Shown here in pieces: positions 12,724-26,644 of a stretch of DNA of 64,000 nt. The notes under the pieces are model-generated. The model saw nothing but the letters and a program-made list of their open reading frames with translations. It made no database searches and had not been told where the DNA came from. Position 1 is the first letter of the stretch. Each line of letters opens with the position of its first letter. The position numbers and the translations under genes are program-made. The DNA is from Podarcis vaucheri (lineage: Eukaryota). Where the stretch lies: assembly GCA_965113315.1 (NCBI GenBank), contig OZ220363.1. One strand, given 5' to 3'.

Positions 12724-13947
12724 CTGGTGAAGGGGGAAAAAAGGCATTTCAGAAATAAGCAAGACAGTGTTGTTCAGTACAGTATGGATACATTCATATA
12801 GGAGAGCCTTCCAAGTATAAGTGATGTGGCTCAAATCCACATTGAAAGGCAGAAAACTGCACAATGAAAATTTCTTGCCCCCTGTGCCCTCCCTAAATCT
12901 GTTCCAAAGGGTTGAAAGGAAACCTATATGAGATTTAGGAGGTCCACAGGGAGACGGGGGGGAGGGGAGAGTTGCACTGTGCAGCCAAAACTGTATACAT
13001 TGGCAGAACTGTTTAGTTGGATAACTCCCTATCTCTCAAAAAAAATCCTGGAGAGGCAAGTTTGCAGTATGCAGCACACATCACAGTGCAGGTAAGAGTG
13101 AACACCTAATAAACATATTTTAGGATCAAGCCTATTCTCTTGACTGTACTTGGTTTTAAATGCTTTTAGTACTGTATTTTTAAATTGTTGTAACCCACCC
13201 AGAGATGTCACAGTGAAGGGTGGGAAAGAAATCTAAACCTTCGCCAACTATCTTCAAGGCAGCTTATGCCTCCAGTTGCAAACCTGAACTAAGGAGCCAT
13301 TGCACTTACACTTAGCAGCAATAAACAATTTGCCAGAAAGCGTCAACAACGGTGAGCTCAGTGCCATAACTCAACAACTTAAGTCTCTAGGATCCTGAAT
13401 ATTTTCAAGGAATAAAATACTGTATGCTCACAACATTCTGCTTCCATGTACTTCAAGAGTGTCTGGCTTCAAGTACCTATCTGAGATATTAATTTCAAAA
13501 GACACTTTTATGCACACACACACAAGAATGGCCTAAACAGATATGCTCATTAAATGCTATATATGCAGAAAGGCATGTATGCATGAGCTCACTACATTGT
13601 GCCATGCTTATTGCATGGAAAACCTGCCATCTTGAGCGAACCAGCTCTATTTTCCTTCTTGGTTTACTTCATGTTTCAAGAACTCAGAACGGCTGTTCAA
13701 TTTATCACCACTCCAAAAAAAACCACCACCCCAAACAAACTAAACACAGTTCAACGATTTGGTTTTTATTAGGGAAGCTTTCACTAGATGAATAAAGTTG
13801 CCTCTGTAATGCTTTGGGGAAGAATTTGCCCTATGACAAATTCCATGATTATTATAGCTTCATAAAAAAAAATGTGAAATTTCAAATGGAAGCCTATGGG
13901 CAAGCTTTAAAAATGTAGAGTGGTTAATATGAGTTTTGACCTCCATC

Positions 13948-14093
13948 CAGGGCGGTACCTAGTGGTTGGCTAGGTTGGCCCCCACCGTGGGTGGGCACAA
14001 GAATCGTGAAGAAAGACAAAGAGCCAATGATTGCCTAGGGGGCAAGGGATGGCAGGGGTGCCAAGGGCACAAGAGAGCCTAGGTACGTCTCTG
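13948..14093. mobile_element. hAT-type MITE (146 bp)
   Basis: 15-bp imperfect TIRs CAGGGCGGTACCTAG / CTAGGTACGTCTCTG (12/15); perfect 8-bp TSD CCTCCATC at 13940-13947 and 14094-14101. Confidence 0.82.
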
Positions 14094-14434
14094 CCTCCAT
14101 CCTATGCTGTCTTTTGGACTGTGCAGAGAACATTTTACTCATCAGATTACAGTAGCACAACAGCACAAATGCATTAGTTTAGCTGTTCTGTTTTAGTTAC
14201 CCTGAGAGGTTGCCTATGGCATTAATTTAACAAAGCACAATGGAACAATTAGAAAAGCTGGGTGACTAGGATTACAATAATAAATAACAATTGTACATTC
14301 TTATTAGAAATAATAGCTGCTGTGATACACACATGCATCAGCTGAAATCAAAGAAAATGTGTGTGTTTTCTTTAGAACTTTTCCCACTCATAAGTTATTA
14401 CACTCAAATCAATCAGCTAAAGGTCATAAGGTTA

Positions 14435-14692
14435 CCGTATTTTTTGCTCTATAAGACTCACTTTTTCCCTCCTAAAAAGTAAGGGGAAGTGTGTGTGCGT
14501 CTTATGGAGCGAATGCAGGCTTCGCAGCTATCACAGAAGCCAGAACAGCAAGAGGGATTGCTGCTTTCACTGCGCAGCAATCCCTCTTGCTGTTCTGGCT
14601 TCTGAGATTCAGAATATTTTTTTCTTGTTTTCCTCCTCCAAAAGCTAGGTGCGTCTTATGGTCTGGTACGTCTTATGGGGCGAAAAATACGG
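14435..14692. mobile_element. Tc2/pogo-like MITE with internal perfect hairpin
   Basis: TIRs CCGTATTTTT.GC.C.ATAAGAC / GTCTTATGGGGCGAAAAATACGG, TA flanks; 31-bp inverted repeat at 14534-14604. Confidence 0.85.
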
Positions 14693-17600
14693 TAATTGTT
14701 TAGCATTCTTCAAACAGGTGACAGCTCTTCAAACAGGTGACAGCTCTACAAAAAGTGTGTGTGGTATTGGCAGTTTTGAACTTAAATGTCAGGATCAGCC
14801 CAGCAATAAACGTAGAACCAGGAATGGCCCCCAACCTGTGTGTTTACTGCAGAAATGCGTGTCCATTTATACAGTACACGTATACCGTTCACAACTGATA
14901 GTACATTCTGTTGTTCTAAAACAAATTAAATGTGAATCTGCCCTGACATTCTCTTGACCAAAGGCTCACAAAAACTCGGAGCCAGCAATGCCTTGGAAAA
15001 AGCAAATTTAAGAAGTCAGCTGAACAGCCCCTCTGTTCTTCCTCTTTCTAGGCAGCTAGTTACATTTCAATTAGATTACTGGTACTTAAATACATAATAA
15101 GCCACCCAACCCATGACACGATCCTTTTCTTCAGTGCAATTCAGATAATACAACCAGTGTATGGACTGTCTACAGGCCCTTCCCTGGCGTTTTTGTGACA
15201 GCATGGGCCAGAAGACACAAAGGGCATGGCCCATGATGAGAGATAATGCAAATCATGAATGCAAGTAGCTTAATATGTTGAGAATAAAGGGATTGCTTTA
15301 AATCGTTTTAGTAAAATACAAAATTATTAGCATGAGTTGTGCCTATGTGTTTATCAGTCACCCAAGTGCTTTTGCTCTCACTCACTTCCAGCCAAGGCCA
15401 ACACTACATATTTATGACAAACTCCCCCATATTTGTCTCATAATGGTAATGCTGAGACGAGGGGAGAGAAATTGCAGGGCGAAATGCGTAACTGGATGGG
15501 GTTTGTAACCCTTCTCCCACCTGCCAGTACTGACTTCTGTAGGCTGCTTACCCTTGATGGACTTTGGGGAAGAGAATAGATCCAGCATTTGTAAGGGAGA
15601 ATTGGTAGGAAGAATTCAGTACATAATTAAGCAGTCTGTAACATGTGCATTGTCAACTAAATATTTGGCACGTGGCCCCATTCAAGAGAAACAGCTATGA
15701 CCCAGGCAGCTAGCTCCTGGAGAGCTGACAAAACGGTGTGACCTAGTTGGAGAAGTTAACTACTACTCTGTGCAGGCTCCCAAACCTCAGCAAAAAGAAA
15801 GTTTGTTCTACCGTGAACTCGGCTCTTAGTGAGTTTCTACATCCACAGCAGCAGGAGGCAACACACAGCCCTCCTGGTGTTCAGCCCTCTGTTCTCACAG
15901 TGGACAACCAGCGGAAAGCCTGAAAGCATGCCACAATCACAAACAGCAAGTGTTATTCAGAGGCATATTGCTTCTGGAGTAGTGCACAGCCACTCCCAAT
16001 ATTGCTTTGGCAAATTCAGGTTTGGAAACCTACATACAAACCTGTGTCCTTTAAAATGTGTGTGACAGGCTTCAGCCAAAGTTCCAGGGCATAAAATATA
16101 AAATACAATAGCAATGATGAACAGCAGCAGCTAAAAACAACCACACCAGGCAAAATAAAACTGTTTTAGCCGGTTCCCAAAGGGTAAAAATTCCTTCCTG
16201 TGATAGGAATCTATCAAGAAGGTCCTCCTTCTCTCCGGTCACCACCCACCTCTCCTCAGATGGTGGTGGTACCCAGAGGACAACCTCTAAAGATGGCACT
16301 GCATGGGCAGATTGATACAAGAACAGCTGTTCCTTTGGATAGCGGGTCCCATGCTGTATGAGCCTTAAAAGGGGAAGAATCATGGCACCAGATCGCACAC
16401 CAATGAGGCAATCTGAAGCAGCCTGCCTCAGGCAGCATGCTCCACAGGGGCGAGGCAGGGAGATCCTGACCACCACAACCATGCTGCCGCCACTGCATCT
16501 CCACTTCTTCTCTTTCAACTGTCACCCTTCTCTGGCCTTAGTGGCAGCAGCTTCTGACTTGGCTTTGGGTAAGCTGAAGACGCAGCCCATAGTCAAAGGC
16601 AAGGAGTGTAGCAGCAACACTCTGCAAAACGCTCCTTTTTCACCAAGTCTCTCAGCACAAAGGGGGCATTCCTGCAGAGCGGCTGGATTGCCCCTGGTCT
16701 CCTCCCACACTGCTGGGGCACATGCCTGGATTTGGGGGGGCAGCAGTGCTTCCTGCCAAAAGGTCTCTGTCCACCCCCTGGGAAGCACCTACATTTTTAA
16801 TTGACATTGGAAGTAGACTGGGAGCTAGCGAAATTCTTGAAGTACTGGCAACATGTGTTTGCAATGGCCAATCCCAGTAAGTAGCCCACTGTGCTTTAAA
16901 ACAAGTTAGCAGTTTCCTGGCCATTTCCAAAGATAGTCCCAAATACACCACATTACAGTTTACAGTAGTCAAGGCAACTTAATCCAATCTTGCCCTGAGC
17001 AATTGGTTTGAATACTGCACTTCATTTTTCCTTATACTTCCCATGGATTTATATTTCCTTACTGTTGACATTAAGGCTGAAAATTCAAAGTGAAGGGCCT
17101 GAAATAACTCTTGAGGGGCCAGCCTTCTTTCCCACTGTAACGACAGTCATGGCTGCTAGCACTTTGTTTTGAAAACCATGTCTTCAAAGGCAAATGTTCA
17201 AAATCCTCTCTCACATTATTTCCTGTTCCATAGGGATAGCATTTTATTGATTTTCAAGGCTTACATGAAACATACCATAACGTCAGCATCTGTTGCTTTC
17301 TGGCAGTGGCTGTCCAGTAGGGATTAATTAACACCAACAACTGGTTCAGTGCTGTTTGGGTTTGTTTGGCTTAGAGGAAGAAAAAGTCTTCCCAAACCAC
17401 AACTGGAAATCCCTTCAGCAAGTCTCCTGCGACTCTGCAGAAGACTTGAGTTGGAAAACTCATCCTGAGAATGTGAACTCAGCAAAGCCTGCTTCCCTTC
17501 CCACTCTAGCCCCAAGAGGATGGATGCCACTCACTGCCATTTTTATCCACTCGTTAAATGAAGGATGAAGATGCACATAGATACAGACATTGAGTTTCTA

Positions 17601-19592
17601 ACTATGCAGAGAGATAGCATAGTTGACGATTACCATCAGGATCAAAAGGGTGGTTATTCGAGAAACTCGAAAAGTCAGTGGACAGATTAAGATGGGGCAG
17701 TGAATCCTGAGCAATGGGTAATGAAGTCACCAGCGAGATCTGCCTTTCAAATATGCAGATTTGTATGATGATAATAATAATAGTCTTACTCCTGCAATAC
17801 TCTTCTCTACAAAGTCTTAGGGCTCATCCACATTTACATTTTGCCCTACACTTTCTAGGCAAAGGTCCACAATTTAAAGCTCTGTGTATAAGCACTTTTT
17901 TGTTCGCCCTGGTGCTTTCCTCTTGAAAAGCTGCTCTTGACCACTGAATCAGAGCAAATGGCAAAAGCCTTGGAAAACCATCATGGGCAGCTTCCAGCAA
18001 AATATAAAAACTAAAATGAGGTCATTTTCAGTGGCACTCCTGTGACAACTGTAACATGTGCCCATTGGTACAGATTAATTAACTATAAAAAAAAACCTTT
18101 GTTGAATATGAGGAAAAGAGATTAGCCTTGCACTCCCCACCCAATCCCACTATGTAGCCTTTTGAGGGTGACAAGAATAGCCATCTCCATCACTGATTGC
18201 AACCCAACCTCCTGCTCTGTGAAGAAAACTAAGAAGTCACTGAAGCAAGTAAAACTTTGCTACAGATCTGGTTTCGCACACTGCAATACTTAAACTGCAG
18301 TTTAATTTCCCTCCAGTTCCACCTGTATAATAATCTTTCCCCCATCTTCATTTTCTGGGAGTTGAAACGAAGCAGCTGTGCTTGCACCAAAACCTTGGAA
18401 GAGATCCTAGCGCATATAATGTTCTCTTACACGAAACAGACTTAAGGGCTTTTCACACAATTAAAAAAAGGGGGGAGTTTTGCTTCAAAACATTTGAAGG
18501 GGATATGTTTGTTTGCAAACTCCTATAAATAGATAGCTGGGAGTTTCACAAGGTATTTGTTGGCAATATATTTGCAGACATGGGTCTCTCCAAACGTTAT
18601 ACTGCAAATGCCTCTTTCCTTTTGGTATTGTGTGCAAAGGCTCTCAAACAGATCAGACATCCAAAACCATAGCCACACTCCAGAGTTCACGGCCCTCCTG
18701 CTTGGGCTCCAGGGAAAGTTCTTCCCATTAAAGTGCACAGCTGTGAGAGAGAAATCTAGCAAAGCGAACAGACTTGGGCTAGGAGAGGGAAAGGATGAAA
18801 TCTCTATGCAGCTCGGCGCTCTGGACCTAATGCTGACCTTGAGTCACCTCCATATTAGTTTGCTTGTAAAATGAGGCGACACTCAAGTTTTTACAGCAGG
18901 AGAGCGCTGCGCTGCTCAAAGACAAATGCAAGCCAGTTTCTGATAATATGAATGACAGTAATTAGAAAGAAAAATGTGATTCATATCTTTCCCATTCCCC
19001 ACCCACAACATAATTCCCATGTACAAAGCCGTCAGTCATCTTGAATGGAAAACTTTTCCTGGCTGCAGTTTCAGTTGTGGAACACCTGGCCGTAGGAAAG
19101 ATGACAAATCACAATGGCAATCATTCCCTGGAGTTGGGGAAACAAGTTGCCTTGGCAATAGGATCTACAAACATCATGATGGCATGGCTTGAGAAGGGTA
19201 TATTTTAAAGGTATATCCCTATAGAGCAGCCTTCACCCATGCTGATAGGAGTTGTAGTCCAAAACATTTGGAGAGTACCTACTTAGTGAAGGCTCCTTTA
19301 CAGGGAAATAAAGTGTAGCATCACTCTATAGAAAAAAGGTGTTTTACAGAAAGCTGTATCTATGAAGTTTTTGGTGTGGCCACTTGTTGCTTTCATTTTC
19401 TTAATTTTTGCCAGAAATTACCCCACCCCTAACAGCCTTCAAAACTGCCATTCCTACATTCTGTTGTTGTTGTTGTTGTTTTATATACCATACCATTCAT
19501 CAGACTGGGTTGCCCCAGAAATGAATGCCACATAATATTCAGGGGTTCGAAGACCTCCACAACTTCAGATAACCATAAAGGGAAACAAACTA

Positions 19593-19818
19593 CAGTGGTA
19601 CCTCGGGTTAAGAACTTAATTCGTTCCAGAGGTCCGTTCTTAACCTGAAACTGTTCTTAACCTGAAGCACCACTTTAGCTAATGGGGCCTCCTGCTGCTG
19701 CTGCGACACCAGAGCACGATTTCTGTTCTCATCCTGAAGCAAAGTTCTTAACCTGAAGCACTGTTTCTGGGTTAGCGGAGTCTGTAACCTGAAGCGTATG
19801 TAACCTGAGGTACCACTG
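19593..19818. mobile_element. Tc1/mariner-superfamily (pogo/Tigger-like) MITE
   Basis: TIRs CAGTGGTACCTCGGGTTA / TAACCTGAGGTACCACTG, TA target duplication; internal TTAACCTGAAG subrepeats. Confidence 0.88.
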
Positions 19819-20229
19819 TAATGCACTAAACTCCAGGAACAGGCAACTCAATAGGAGAACATGTAAGTTTGTTAGAGTATTTTGAATTTCTGATGGCCCT
19901 TGCCATCAAATTTCATGGCACCAAGTGACCTCAATTTTTTCCTGTTCTGACACAGCTGTAGAAAAAAAAATTTAGCTGTGGCTTGGTAAAACAGGATACA
20001 TAGGATACAATTGGGATAAATGACCTCTTGACCTCTTTGTAGGGTACATCCAATTTGAATTTGAATTAATTTCTGTTCAACCACTAGAAGTATATATATC
20101 CACTTTTCAATAAACTATACTGAGCCTAAACTTTCTAAAGGCATTCCTGCACTAGCTGTTTTCCCCAGGATATGTTCAGGAACAGCTGGTGGCATCCACA
20201 CAGCAGCCTGTCTGATGTCCTGGATAAGC

Positions 20230-20438
20230 ATTTTCACGTTGCGCTCTGCGGCAACCCGGAAGTAACGGAGCACGTTACTTCCGCATTTCGCCGCTCGCGC
20301 ATGTGCAGATGGTCAAAATGACATCACGCGCATGTGCAGAAGCAGCGAAATGCGACCCGCACAGACACGTCTTACATTCTGTTCAGGATGCGAACGGGAC
20401 TCCGGAGCGGATCCCATTCGCATCCCGAGGTACTGCTG
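20230..20438. mobile_element. Related Tigger-like MITE, left end missing
   Basis: CpG-rich segment ending CCCGAGGTACTGCTG|TA; internal CGCGCATGTGCAGA repeats. Confidence 0.6.
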
Positions 20439-21028
20439 TACTTCACATGGCAATTGTATTTGTCAAGCTGTATCATTGTTCACTTACTGTCAGCGTTCAC
20501 AAACATATAAAGGGTGAAAAAAAGATACCTATCTCCAGTGCAAGGTGACATATGATGTGCATGAACTAGGAAGGTGCAACTGACCTCAGTTCCCTGGCGC
20601 ATGTTCAGTGAGTGTCTGGAAATGCATGCTTCCCTTTCATAGAGTGTCATGCTTGCTGCAGTACGTGCAGGAATCTGGTTTGTTTCAACTCACCATAGTT
20701 AAGATTATCCGCAGTTTAGGCTGTGGACAGCACTCTAAATTGCAACACACTAAACTCCATCTAAAATGGAATTGGATGCTTGCTCAGAGCCACAATGAAT
20801 GAGGAGAGAGGTGGGAAAGAGCGTCTAAGTCCAGGATGAAACTAAGCTCATTTTCCTAACAACAAAAGCGTTCTAGCTATTATGTCCAAATGCTGCCATA
20901 AAGAAAAGGCAACCTTTAATGTACAATCCTATACACCAAGGGCAGCCAATAGGGTGTCCTTCATATGTTGCTGGACTCCAACTGCCACTAGCCCTAGCCA
21001 GCATGGCCAGTGGGCCAATGACGATGAG

Positions 21029-21146
21029 ATGAGCCCTGCTGGATCAGACCAAAGGCCCATCTAGTCCAGCGTCCCGTTCCCACAGTGGCCAACCAGATGC
21101 TTATGTGAATCCTGAAAGCAAGACCTGAGCGCAACAGCACTCTCCC
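21029..21146 (-). mobile_element. CR1 3' terminal fragment
   Basis: CCTGCTGGATCAGACCAAAGGCCCATCTAGTCCAGC...ACAGTGGCCAACCAGATGC. Confidence 0.65.
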
Positions 21147-23139
21147 AAGGCACAGCATTGCACTATTAGTTTCATGAGAAAATGAAACTGATGAATGCAG
21201 TTGCACTGAGCCCAGCACCCACCATATTCTCTTGCAACCCCCTCCCTGCATTGCAAATTCTCTTCTTCTACTCCATGGGAAAGCCTCCTAGATCGACATT
21301 CCATGCCTCCCAACGCCACTGCACATTTGTACGTTTCGAATGGAAATGGAAATAATTACAAACAAAAGTACATTGAGTTTTCTCTCAAGGCATGCTGGAG
21401 TTTTCATATCCAGAAATTATTCTCTTACCAGCCCCAGCAGAACATCTGGCTATGTTCACGACCTGACCCTCACAGCAAATTCTTATTTTTCTGGCATTGT
21501 TTTACAGCTCTTCTCAATCACCCACACAGTGGGTGAGATTTTTTCCTAACATATGTCGTTTCTTCAAGTTAGAGCCAAACTGTGCTAATAACCTCTTTCT
21601 CTATACAAAAAAAAAGTTGAAACTCAAAATGCAGTTTTAAAAATTCAAGCTTTCAATTACAGACATTTTAGCAAAAAAATTTTTTAAAAAAGGAAGTAAA
21701 AGTGCAGCAAAAATTGTTACAATTCAAAGATAAAGAGTGTGTAGGCAAAGGGTGGATTAAGAAGTCGAGGTGTGGGGGGGAAAGATGAATAAATCCAAAG
21801 GAGCAACTTCATGGAGAAGATTTTAAATCAAAATGAAAATGGAGGCAAAAACCTGAGAAATAAAAAGGGTTATGGTTTTCCCAAGTACCTTGGGAGGAAT
21901 ACAGGAATGCACTTGGTTTCCCACGCTTGCAAAGTGTTCATGGCTAAGGGAAAGAAAGATTATTTTGCATAGAGAGATAACTTTAATCACATCCACAGAC
22001 TTGAAAGGAAAATATCAATCAACAGCTGCATTGCTGCAACTTTCGCCATTGTGGGAGAGGTTTTGTAGGTCAAAAAAGGTCATTGTGTATTTAGAGCCCT
22101 CCCCATATTCGGGGAGGGGGTCAGGAACCATTACTTTTAAAGAGTTCACTTTACACCATAGTAAAGCAAGACCGTGGGGGTGGGGTTTATCAAAAGCCAG
22201 GAGGCAAGTTTCCCCTCCAGGAATGCCACCTGGAAGAGAAACATTCTGCAACATTTGAGACAAACATTAACCACAGTCCTGAGACTCATTGACCCATAAG
22301 CAAACAAACTGACCTGTCTTATGTGCTATTTGCATTTTAGTTGTACTCACAAGCTGCTTAATCTCCAAAAGACATTAGCCTAACAAAATAAAAATGTGCT
22401 TGATCAGTAAAAACTCAAGACACACAGTGGGCGTTTCTATAAAATCTTGACAGGGATGGGAGGGAAACCGAAGTAAACAGAAAGCATTCTTTTTCTGTGA
22501 AAAATTAAGAGGGTGAAAATTAGAGCATTTCACCGTCAAAAACAAACAAGCAAACCCTGATTATTTCAAGTCCGTGAAATGTTGCCATTTGGCCCCTGCA
22601 GATGTTATGTTCTGAGCCAAAGGATCCTCGAAACCATACAGAAGAGTAACTTTTGAGATAATAGAGGAAATGTGCAGCCAAGGACCTTTCACTCCCACGC
22701 TCAAGTATCTAATATAAAGGGAGGCTGTCAGACCTGCAACCCACAGGAAATAGCAAAGGGACACCCCACACAACTTCAGAACCCAGGACCGTGCTGCTTT
22801 CTGACCCTGTCCAGTGCCTATACTGTGAACAAAGATAACCCTGTGTCTGTTGTGACTCACACATTGCCACAAGGAAGATTAATGGCTCCTAGAGGATGAT
22901 CAGTCAGAGGAAATTACCAGATGCCTCCTCATCCTCTTCATATATAACAAATTGTTGGAAGTTCACAAAGCAGATCTCATAGCAGGAGCCTGCCAGCACT
23001 CTTCCACCTTACAGACAGCTTTGGAGCAATAGCCAGACATGTAACTACTTTGAACCTTGTGCTAGAAGAATATTGGTCTAATGCAGCCTTTGGTCTAATG
23101 CAATGCCTTCCATCAGCCTCGCCTGGTGGCCCGCTGAAC

Positions 23140-23785
23140 CCCTGTCTGGACAAGGAAAGATTGACTTTTGTTGCCCATGCTCTGACAGCTTCTAGGTTAG
23201 ATTGCTGCAATGTGTTATACTTGGGACTGCCTCTGAAGACGGTTCAGACACTTCAGATGGTTCAGAATTCAGCACCCAGCTGGCTCACCAGCGCAAGATG
23301 GTTTGAGCATATAACACCGATCCGGGTTCAACTACACTGTCTGCCAGTTAGTTTCCAGGCCACATTCAAAGTTCTGCTTTTGACCTATAAGTGGCTTAGG
23401 ATCACAATGCCTCAAGGACTGCCTCTCCCCATATGAACTGACCCAGAAGCTGCAGAAGGTCCAGATGGCGGCAGCACAAGAAAGGGCCTTTTGTGCAGTG
23501 GCTTCCTGCTTGTGCAATGCTCTCCCCAGGGAGCCTCGCCTGGCGCCTTGATAACATAACTTTAGGTGCCAGGCAAAAACATTCTTCTTCCCTTTTAAAC
23601 TGGGGTGTGTGTGTGTGTCTGGGTGTGTGTGTGTGTGTGTTATTGTTTTTGTTCATTATTACAGTGTGTGTTATTGTTTTTGTTCATTATTACAGTATAC
23701 AACTCCGTGTTTTTATAATGTAAACCGCCCTGTGACCCCTAAATGAAGGGCGGAATAGAAATGTCAATTAATTAATTAATTAATT
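23140..23785 (+). mobile_element. L2-type LINE 3' fragment
   Basis: HALTASRLDCCNVLYLGLPLKTVQTLQMVQN...HITPI..QLH.LPV is the L2 ORF2 C-terminus, followed by a 3' UTR and AT-rich tail. Confidence 0.8.
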
Positions 23786-23910
23786 AGTCATTTAACATCA
23801 AAATGCGGTTTATGAAGCAACAGCACCACAACACAATAAATATCAGAATTAAAAGACATCAAAAAGGCAAACAAAGCTGATTAGGCAGCAGTTAAAACAA
23901 GTGATAAAAG

Positions 23911-24060
23911 CATAAGAACGTAAAAAGAGTCTGCTGGATCAGGCCATAGGCTCATCTGGGCCGGCATCCTGTTCTTACAGTGGCTAACCAGATGCCTGTG
24001 AAAAACCCAGAAAAAGATCCTGCGTACAAGAGCGTTCTCTCCTCCCGTGGTTTCCAGAAA
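23911..24060 (-). mobile_element. CR1 3' terminal fragment
   Basis: CATAAGAACGTAA tail followed by CTGCTGGATCAGGCC...GCATCCTGTTC..ACAGTGGC.AACCAGATGCCTGTG. Confidence 0.65.
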
Positions 24061-26280
24061 CTATATAAGGATCCTCAATGCCATTAAGGGGAGAGGCTTC
24101 ACCCAGCACGTGGTACCAGGTAAACATATCTAGAGAGAAATCTATACCAGGCACTACTACAGAAATATCTCCAAATGTTAATATGCTGATAATGTGATAA
24201 AGCTGTGTTATAATTACCGTAGTCTTGGGAATACTCCAAAAAAAGAATGGATTGAACAAGAGCATATTGAACAGTTTGTTTCTCGGTTTTTAAAGAAATG
24301 CTTCTATACCTTTGTAATACAAATCATTGTTTCCAGCTCTGCTTCACAGCCCTGAAGCCAAGAGCAAGAAAGACTTAGAAATTCAGGTTCCCAGAAAGCA
24401 GAGCTTCAAGAAAACCTTAAGCAGCTGTGCTATTCCTTGAGTCAAAAGAGAACAGGGCCATCCTAAAGGCACTCCCTCCCCACCCTGCCCTTCAAAACCC
24501 ACTCCCTACTTTCTCCCCCTGTCCTTCCCACACCGTCCAATGCAATTAAGTCTTATAAGAAAATCCTGTGAAGAAGGGAAAGCCAAAAAATGAACAGGGA
24601 GTTTCCTTGGAACGCACGGAGTTCAATGCAACTTATGTGTCAGCTTCCCTTAAAACAGTTCCATCTAGAACACTTACATGAAGTTTACAATGTGAGGTTT
24701 TCACATGAAATTCAAGTCTATCCTAGGATAAACTGGCAGCCATAAAGAAGCAAGCCTCTCACTTCATATACCTATCTAAGAGCATTCTGTTCAATTAATC
24801 ATTATAATGGAGATTAAGGTGGTTCCATCGTCAATACACACACTTACAAATATGTGCAAAGACACTATATGATAGGCCTTCGCTGTAGCTATAGGGACAC
24901 TTTTGTTGCTGCTGCTGCTGGGGGGGGTGTTTTGGTTTTTACAAGATTAGCAATCAAACAGATGGTGTAAAGTGTAATTCCTTAATTTCTTAGATTATGT
25001 TCATGGACATCTGCAAATGGGTACCAGGGTAGTCCCCTCTCCTGGATGAGCAACAATTTCCAGATTCCCAGTTTTCGTTCAAAAACAAGTGTGGGAGCAA
25101 GATTTTCCCTTGTAGAACCTGAGATCCAAAGAAAAAATAATAATACTGATGCCCCGCAAAGAGAACCCTTTAGGCATCCAGGATTGTAGCATAGCTTTAA
25201 TTGGACAGTAGCATGTCTACCCAAAAGCAGCACCAAAGCCAGGAGTTCACAATTTTTGTAATTCGTGTCATATTTCACACCAGAAAAATGTTACTCCCCC
25301 AACAGTAAAACGATAACAAAATCTTACCAATACCATCAATCAATATCACTATCAATATAAATAATAGTGATAAAATTAATCGCTATTACATCAACATTGC
25401 AGGGGAAAGGGCTGTGTCTGAGACAGTGTGGATTATGCCAGTCCTGCAAAGCAACCCAATGTTATACCCATTTTTCTAGGAGGGAGGAGGACGAGTTGGT
25501 GCACTAGAACCCTGTATTGTTAACCTGGGGCACTGGTTTTTTCTCAGGGAAATTCAGGGAGAGCTATGACGTTGACTGTAGCAGTAATGTCATTCATTAA
25601 GGGCTAGAGGAAGTAGATGGAGCCAGAGAAAGGATTGAGTTTTCAACTGTGGTAGGATGCTGTTGGGATGCCAGGTCTAGCTGCAGATGGATGGCAGGTC
25701 TACCCTCACAGAGAAACAATGGAACGGTTGACCTGGGATACAAGTTTTTCAGGATACCCAATTCCTGGTGTACCAGGTGTTGCCACTGCTCAGTTACAAA
25801 ATCCACCAGAAAAGGCTGCCCTGTTCCCGGATGCTAGGTACCGATCTATACTTCCCCCCCTTCCCTGGAAAAAATATAGCAGGTACCCATGGTGCCATGT
25901 GTGCACATGTGGTGGAGGGAGGAGATAAGAATGGGAACACTGGGTTCATCAGCCAAGCACACAGCACTGTACTAAACAACTGCACCAATTGGATTCATGT
26001 CCAGACCCGACCAAAGAGATTTCCCCCCCCCCTAGGATTGCTGACTACAATACTGTATTCTATTATATCCTCTTGACAGCTGTAAAAATTACAAGGCATG
26101 AATGCCAGCAAGTTTGGGACATGATGCAAATGTTTGCCCTGAACTGGTGCCATTAAAGGAGAGAGGGTGTATGCCAGATGTTTCCAATTATGAAGTTGCT
26201 TAAACTCCTATCCATTCTCCTGTAAGGGAGTGTTTTTTCCTTTTTAAAAAATCCTCTTTTGTCCATACTTATAGCAATAG

Positions 26281-26644
26281 AAAGGGGACATGGGTGGCAC
26301 TGTGGGTTAAACCACAGAGCCTAGGACTTGCCAATCAGAAGGTTGGAGGTTTGAAGCCCCGTGACGGGGTGAGCTCCCGTTGCTTGGTCCCTGCTCCTGC
26401 CAACCTAGCAGTTTGAAAGCACGTCAAAAGTGCAAGTAGATAAATAGGTACCGCTCCAGTGGGAAGATAAACGGCATTTCCGTGCACTGCTCTGGTTCGC
26501 CAGAAGCAGCTTAGTCATGCTGGCCACATGACCCAGAAGCTGTACGCCGGCTCCCTCGGCCAATAAAGCGAGATGAGCACCACAACCCCAGAGTCGGTCA
26601 CGACTGGACCTAATGGTCAGGGGTCCCTTTACCTTTACCTTTAC
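26281..26644 (+). mobile_element. Sauria (Squam1) SINE, full length
   Basis: tRNA-like head GGGACA.GGGTGGC, Bov-B-related 3' end, (ACCTTT)n tail; 13-bp TSD CTTATAGCAATAG at 26268-26280 and 26645-26657. Confidence 0.93.

Noticed and set aside
19593-19818. CRISPR-like repeat-spacer pattern (recurring TTAACCTGAAG)
   Set aside because: The repeats are short, irregularly spaced subterminal repeats inside a TIR/TA-bounded MITE in a vertebrate genome; no cas genes.
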